From positions 16,988,001 through 17,052,000 of the forward strand of contig OZ116707.1 in assembly GCA_964199315.1 (NCBI GenBank): a stretch of DNA of 64,000 nt, written 5' to 3'. Source of the DNA: Orbicella franksi. Its lineage: Eukaryota. The notes under the pieces were generated by a model. That model made no database searches. It was given only the letters and a program-made list of their open reading frames with translations, and had not been told where the DNA came from. Position numbers and translations under genes: made by a program. Of this stretch, positions 58,812-64,000 are shown in pieces (the first letter of the stretch is position 1; each line of letters starts with the position of its first letter).

Positions 58812-59082
58812 TAGTCTTGGCTGGGTTTGTAAAATCCTGACACCATGTTAACTACTCCGGATGGCAAAAGTTTTATTGCTTACACACACACTGATAATGA
58901 ATGAAATCTCGAGCTAAACCTACAAGTTTTTATGCTTATGTAAATAATAGAAAGTTCCAGAAGCGTCTCTGCATATATTTGCGCTTGCGGGACAATGTAT
59001 GCTAATTATCAAACACTCTACATTATGACTATGCCTGAAAGGTGATAGAATGAATCGAACTACACAAGCTGATTATGTAACA

Positions 59083-59540
59083 CATGTACGCTTGGACTAG
59101 ATTCCACAGTGTTTTGTCTATCTTCACATACGTTCGTGGTGACAAAGTCGAGTTTATTTGACGCTTCTGAAATCCTATAATAATTGAATTCAGGGTCGGG
59201 GGGCTGTTAGGAGAATCATAAAGTTTATTTGCTTTTGTATTAGGTTCCACAAACGATTGCAGGTCTTCAAATATCTCGGGATGAAGAAATTCGACTTCAT
59301 TTAACGCTTTTGAGACTCTTTCATTGTTGAATTCTGGTGTTGGTGGCGTGTCTGGGGATACAAGCATTTCATTGACGAGCTCAGTCAGCCAGTAATTTGA
59401 ATTGTTTGCTTTCGTACGCAATCTCCTTTGCATTTCTTCAACGTTTTCTTGATCTTTGAATTGGTTTTGAACCCAACGGGACCATTTCATGTTGTTAAAG
59501 AGTTTCATCTGGTTTAGAAAAACGAAAACGCAGCCATTAA
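59083..59540 (-). pseudogene. Polinton B upstream ORF, continuing at 48430-48564 across Gypsy B
   Basis: Joined across TSD CATGT it reads ...ESSPSVHELTVSPK...DITDNVLIEAMEQWEEE; low-complexity, so the Polinton assignment rests on context. Confidence 0.45.
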
Positions 59541-59732
59541 CGCTTGATAAAAACAAAAATAAAAATATTTCATTGACATGAACTATTGTTTAATTGAGTC
59601 GTGCAGAACTCTTTTATAACTTATTTTATTTAAGAAATAACTCCTGACCGAATGAATTATTGCGCTATTCATTTTCATTACAACGTCATTCTTGCAATTT
59701 TCAAATTAATTTTTGTTACACTTTACTTGCAG

Positions 59733-60322
59733 GTTCTAAACGTTTGTTTTATTTGTCTGGGGGAGGACTTCAACATTCCATCCTCCGGCTGTTGTGGACA
59801 AGCTGCCCACACTAGATGTAAAGTAAGGTAAGGCATATTGTAATTAACAATTCTAATGGTGCTTTGTCAAGTTTTTTGGAGTACTTACTTAAATTGTACC
59901 TTTTGTTTCATTTCAGTTGGATGAGAACAAAGATCCGAACGGCCATACAATGCCCCGCCTATACGGAGCAGTATCCCCTGCCTTCCAAAGAAGAAACGGC
60001 AGCGGATGAAATGCTCATGAGGCATTTAAGACAAGTAAGAGGTGTTTTGAACAAGATGTCTTGGTGTACAGTTCTAATCAGTCAATATAAAAAAAAAACA
60101 GATAAGCAGATCTTTTGTGTATTAATCCGACAGTCGCGTCTTTTGGTGATATAGGATAATTGGTTAATCGCTTTTTTTTTTACTGTTATTGGAATGTCAC
60201 TGATCGAGAAGTTATTGAAATCTCATGTAATTAATGCTTCGTTTTTTCTTTTTTCGTAGTTTTGCAGGGAAAGACACCCAGAAATCCAAGTACAGAGGAC
60301 GTGCAAAGCGTGTGTATATTAA
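59733..60322 (+). pseudogene. Small spliced RING-finger-like gene
   Basis: Exons 59733-59827, 59917-60034 and 60260-60322 join in frame: VCFICLGEDFNIPSSGCCGQAAHTRCKVSWMRTKIRTAIQCPAY...; last ligand is Tyr instead of Cys. Confidence 0.55.
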
Positions 60323-62181
60323 GACACAGGATTAAATCCCTTGCAAAGACATGATTTTGTATTTAATATAAGAAGGATTGCCGCGTGCATGTCGGCGGTA
60401 GGCCACATTGTTCGCGTTTAATGAGGCAGCTTCGTCATTATTATGGCTAACTCATTAGTCTCGAACAATGTCTACGCGAGTGTACAAAATCTTATTTTAA
60501 ATGCAAAATCATGCTTTTAGTGGATTTAATCGCGAGTAAAATATACGCAGGCAATGTCGTGCACACCAATTACTGTTTGTTTCTGATTTCATTAAAAATC
60601 AACCTTGTAAATAATATAGATCCCGTTTTATTAACATCAATTTCAGCTCTTTTCCGTTTTTGCATTGTAAATACATTTATTTTAAAAACCGTGTGATGAA
60701 TATATACCACAAATGTTTTTTTTTTTTACTTCAATTTCATTTTTTTTTCCTGTTATTTTGTCTTTTGTAAATACATCCATGCATTTCGAAACCAATGTAA
60801 ATAGACGAGCTTTTCTTTTTGTTTTTACCTAACACAGTTCTGTAGGACTAAATAAATATTTGTAGACTTTTTGAACAAATGTCTCTTATTGTTTGATGAT
60901 GAACGCTTTGGTTCTTCGTAAGTACCATGGTGTAAAAGGTTCTTCAATCCAGTCATTCACAAAGTTATGATAAATTATTTTCGTGGGCCATTGTTCCCAT
61001 TGTACCTGCGACGTAGCAACTGTTGTATTTTCTGCGAAAATTTCCTTTCGTTCATAAAGTAGAAGGTAGGAACTCGGAGTTCACCAACAGTCGCTTCCGT
61101 ACCATTTGGTTCCCAGCTGACTTCTACTGTATGTCGCGTTGAGGACTTGGAACAAATCGCATCCCACAGTTGATTCTGTAGGATTACAATTCTGCCTTCC
61201 AATTCTAAACGTTTCATACGGGTTGTTAGTGCCTCCATGTCCAAAGCAACGATCTGGCTCTCTCTGTCTCTCCCTTATTTTTTCAAACTCTTGATTCTTT
61301 TATTTTGTGGAAAGGTATATAAATAAGAGATATAAAAACCGGTTCTACTCTAGAAAATACCAGAATTGAACTGCATTACTTCAAAACCGGCTTGACTGGT
61401 TTTTGCATTATTACTTAACTGTTACTCCATTACTCAACCGTTACTGCAAGATAACTCCGCTATTTTGAATCATCAAAACCATCTGACCGGTTTTACAGTG
61501 TTCTCTGATCGGTTCTCAGCGAAACCTTTGTTCTTAACTTTATAAGCGCGATATCACCCGGATGGTTAGGCGGTACGTTCACTCCACTACAACACACACA
61601 TCGCTCTTAAAAAGCCATTTATTATTCAAGAATAAAACTCTTAAAACAATAACACATACATGCATAATTATTCTCCCTCTCAATTTCCCCCACATATACC
61701 TACACGGCCTGCATCTTATCAAACCGGTTCTGGATTCATTGCTCATTAATTCCAGGCTGCTGAATTCATGAATAAATTGATCTAGTCATCCGCCTCATAC
61801 TACTGAGGGCAAAGCCTCGTCGCTTCCATAGAAAACTTTCTAATTTTTGTAATTTTCAAATCGTCATTAAAGCTTAACCTTACACGGCGTTGGTCTGAAA
61901 ATTGGTGTTCAGCTGGCTATTTAAAACATGCTCGTTGAAGTCCTGAAATTTATTTGTCTGTAGCTCTAAGTTTGGAACTTATCGATCACGTGACCAACTG
62001 TTGCAAAAGGCCTCTTGATTCTCTCGAGATCTCTTTTTTCGGTGTACTCCGGGAAACGAAGTACTGTCTCGGTTCATTGAAGTATTAATGACTGCACTTA
62101 TTTTTTTCTTAATTTTCAGGTGTTATACATGTGATTTACATGTCAAGGAGAATCTTTTACACAGCTGCCAACAGTTTGCAC

Positions 62182-62357
62182 ATTCTCTGTTTTCCAATTC
62201 CCCTTAATGCACTCTGTTTGCCCACCAAGTTTTGCATGAACTATTGTTGTGAAATGCTTTTGGGAGGTCGGCATACTCCCAAGAGCATTTCACAATATTT
62301 TCTGTAAAATTTAGAGTGCAAACAGAGTGTATTAAAGGGAATTGGAAAATAGAGAAT
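62182..62357. repeat. 176-bp palindromic foldback MITE
   Basis: ATTCTCTGTTTTCCAATTCCCCTTAATGCACTCTGTTTGC... versus ...GCAAACAGAGTGTATTAAAGGGAATTGGAAAATAGAGAAT; inner arms GAAATGCTTTTGGGA / TCCCAAGAGCATTTC. Confidence 0.85.
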
Positions 62358-63759
62358 AGGAAGTGCTAAAACAGGTAAAAGAGATAGCAGTTCACAGCTG
62401 GAAACGAGTTCCGTAAGTCTTGGACAGTATTCTAACTTTGTAAAGCTTGTCTTTATTCAGTTTCAGATGGACATTTCAAATGGCCACCCTCCTGATGAGC
62501 ATCCAGTGGTTGACGAAGATCTCACTCGCCGAATTTAACGAGTAAAAATGTGTTCACACTTGGTGCCCTAGCGCTTGTACATGGGCACCGGCCCAAAATA
62601 GTGCTGCGTTTCTGCACTGGTACTCAAGTATCCAAGTACCATTTAGTGCCCGAGTAAAAGGAACCCGGACACCGGCACTGTGTCCGAATTCTGGTGTGAG
62701 TACTTGGAAAAAGGGGTGATGTAACAGCTCTCGTAAGGTCTCACATAAATGGCTTGCTACCCTTTGAGAGAACAATACGACAAACAACAGAAACAATGCC
62801 CTTAGACCTAAAACAATAACAGCTGCTAACAATGAAGAGAATTACGAGCTTACGAGAGCTGCTACATTTCTGGGAAAAAGGTGTGTTCACATTAGTACCC
62901 AGCGACACCAAGTGTGAACATAGCCTAAAAAGTCCACTTCTTTTCAAACACTTTTTAACGGTACAAAACATTCAAAACTCATTGTAATCAATAGAGAAAT
63001 GTTTCGTATGTTAATATCAGTGATGAGCCCTTGCCGTTTGTTGTCTCTTTAGCACTGCCGATGAAGTCATCTAGAAAAGAGCTACAATCCTAACTGCATT
63101 CCATGTATAATCTTTAAAAAGGGGTAAACTCATATTAAAAATTGTGATGTGGCTTCCTGAGAAGAACAGCGGCCTGCAAGAGTTATCTTTGCCACGGAGA
63201 TGATAATTGCAGAAACTGTCCGGCAACGAGGGTTCACAAGTGCTATATCCAGCTCGAAAGCTTTCTTGTCATTTTTGATGTCTACATTTGATTCTTCAAA
63301 TTAAAATCTAAAGCAAGACTACATTTGATTGTCAATCATTAAAGTTTGTTGATTTCCACTTCAAAAATAGTGTGTGGTATTTTCTTTAACCAATTCTCTG
63401 AAACTGGTGTGACATGTTTTACAAGGACTCGCGTTCTCTAATAAGATAGGATCGCCATTTTGAATGATCGTATCTTCCCGGTCTCAAAAACCAGTTTAAC
63501 CATCACCCCAGTGTTGTCTCATAGGCTCTCCGTGAAACCCTTGTTCTTTCTCTTTTTAAGTGGGATACTATCGGATAGTTGGGCGGTCAATTTGCTCCAC
63601 ATCGCAAGTAAAAGCTCATGAAATATTCAGTCATAAAACCATGTAGCAATAACCCGCATGTATAATCGATTTATTCCCACAGACCCCTACTCAGCTAACT
63701 CACATTTAGTACCACCCCCACATATACTAAGGAGACCCACATCTCATTAACCCCCCATA

Positions 63760-63934
63760 TGTAGTGGGACACTTCTTGACCATTACGCCACATAGTGTAT
63801 AGTCTCTTGTATAGCTTTAATAGAGCACATGTTTTCGAAGCTCGTCGAAGTTGTTTTCTCGTTGCGTTGCTCGTGTTCAATAAAGTCAAGAGTGTTGTGT
63901 TACTTGCCGTGAACGTCGTCCTGATCTGTCGACA
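63760..63934 (+). repeat. Candidate 5' LTR of a further retrotransposon
   Basis: TG...CA bounded 175 bp with AATAAA, followed after 2 nt by PBS-like TGGTGGAGAGC; no partner in the window. Confidence 0.4.
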
Positions 63935-64000
63935 AATGGTGGAGAGCTCGTTTCATATATACCTACGCAGCCTGCATCACATTAAACCAGTTATTCCTTT

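Larger units (their letters stand above)
48565..59082 (-). mobile_element. Ty3/Gypsy LTR retrotransposon B, hosting Gypsy C
   Basis: 237-bp TG...CA LTRs (48565-48801, 58846-59082; 3 mismatches), TSD CATGT, PBS TGGTGTCAGG (58845 downward), PPT AGAGGGGAGA. Confidence 0.95.

Noticed and set aside
61795-61810. TACTACT as a Polinton B terminus (AGTAGTA inward)
   Set aside because: Too short to be significant without a matching TIR, and none is present in the window.
62472-62830. About 120-codon plus-strand frame interrupted only by TAA/TAG, suggesting a ciliate-type code
   Set aside because: No recognisable protein on read-through; one of many frames examined; the rest of the window uses TAA/TAG as stops. 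A decayed pseudogene or chance is simpler.
62554-62832. LRELLHHPFF resembling a protein kinase C-terminal motif
   Set aside because: No other kinase subdomain is found nearby in any frame.
1-64000. rRNA, tRNA or prokaryotic operons
   Set aside because: None recognised; tRNA-complementary sequence is limited to retrotransposon PBS motifs.

Overview
This is eukaryotic DNA: AT-rich, with GT-AG introns, and probably an invertebrate animal. A cnidarian such as a stony coral is my inference from the repeat families, not something the sequence proves. The window is almost entirely a nested stack of mobile elements. Left part: the right end of one CACTA/EnSpm element (to 1252), then a decayed RAG1/Transib-like transposase locus (minus, 14488-17453). 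Its 3' region is split by a two-ended 11.9 kb EnSpm element (2507-14442) carrying a transposase and a divergent spliced UBL-like/BEN gene, itself interrupted by a Helentron-like insert. Next come an internally deleted Polinton/Adintovirus-like remnant with a PLA2 gene (17.7-22 kb), the 5' part of a Tx1/L1 LINE, an intact SAM-domain exon and a SWIM-YqaJ fragment. Right part: a second Polinton remnant (minus) has been expanded about 8-fold by insertions. These are Gypsy A (26658-43441), which hosts a near-intact DIRS1-type element, an Ngaro-type element with a 5' SGNH hydrolase and a MITE; an EnSpm fragment; and Gypsy B (48565-59082), which hosts Gypsy C with non-canonical CG...CG LTR ends. No rRNA, tRNA or CRISPR array is supported. 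All family calls come from motif recognition by eye; no searches were run.
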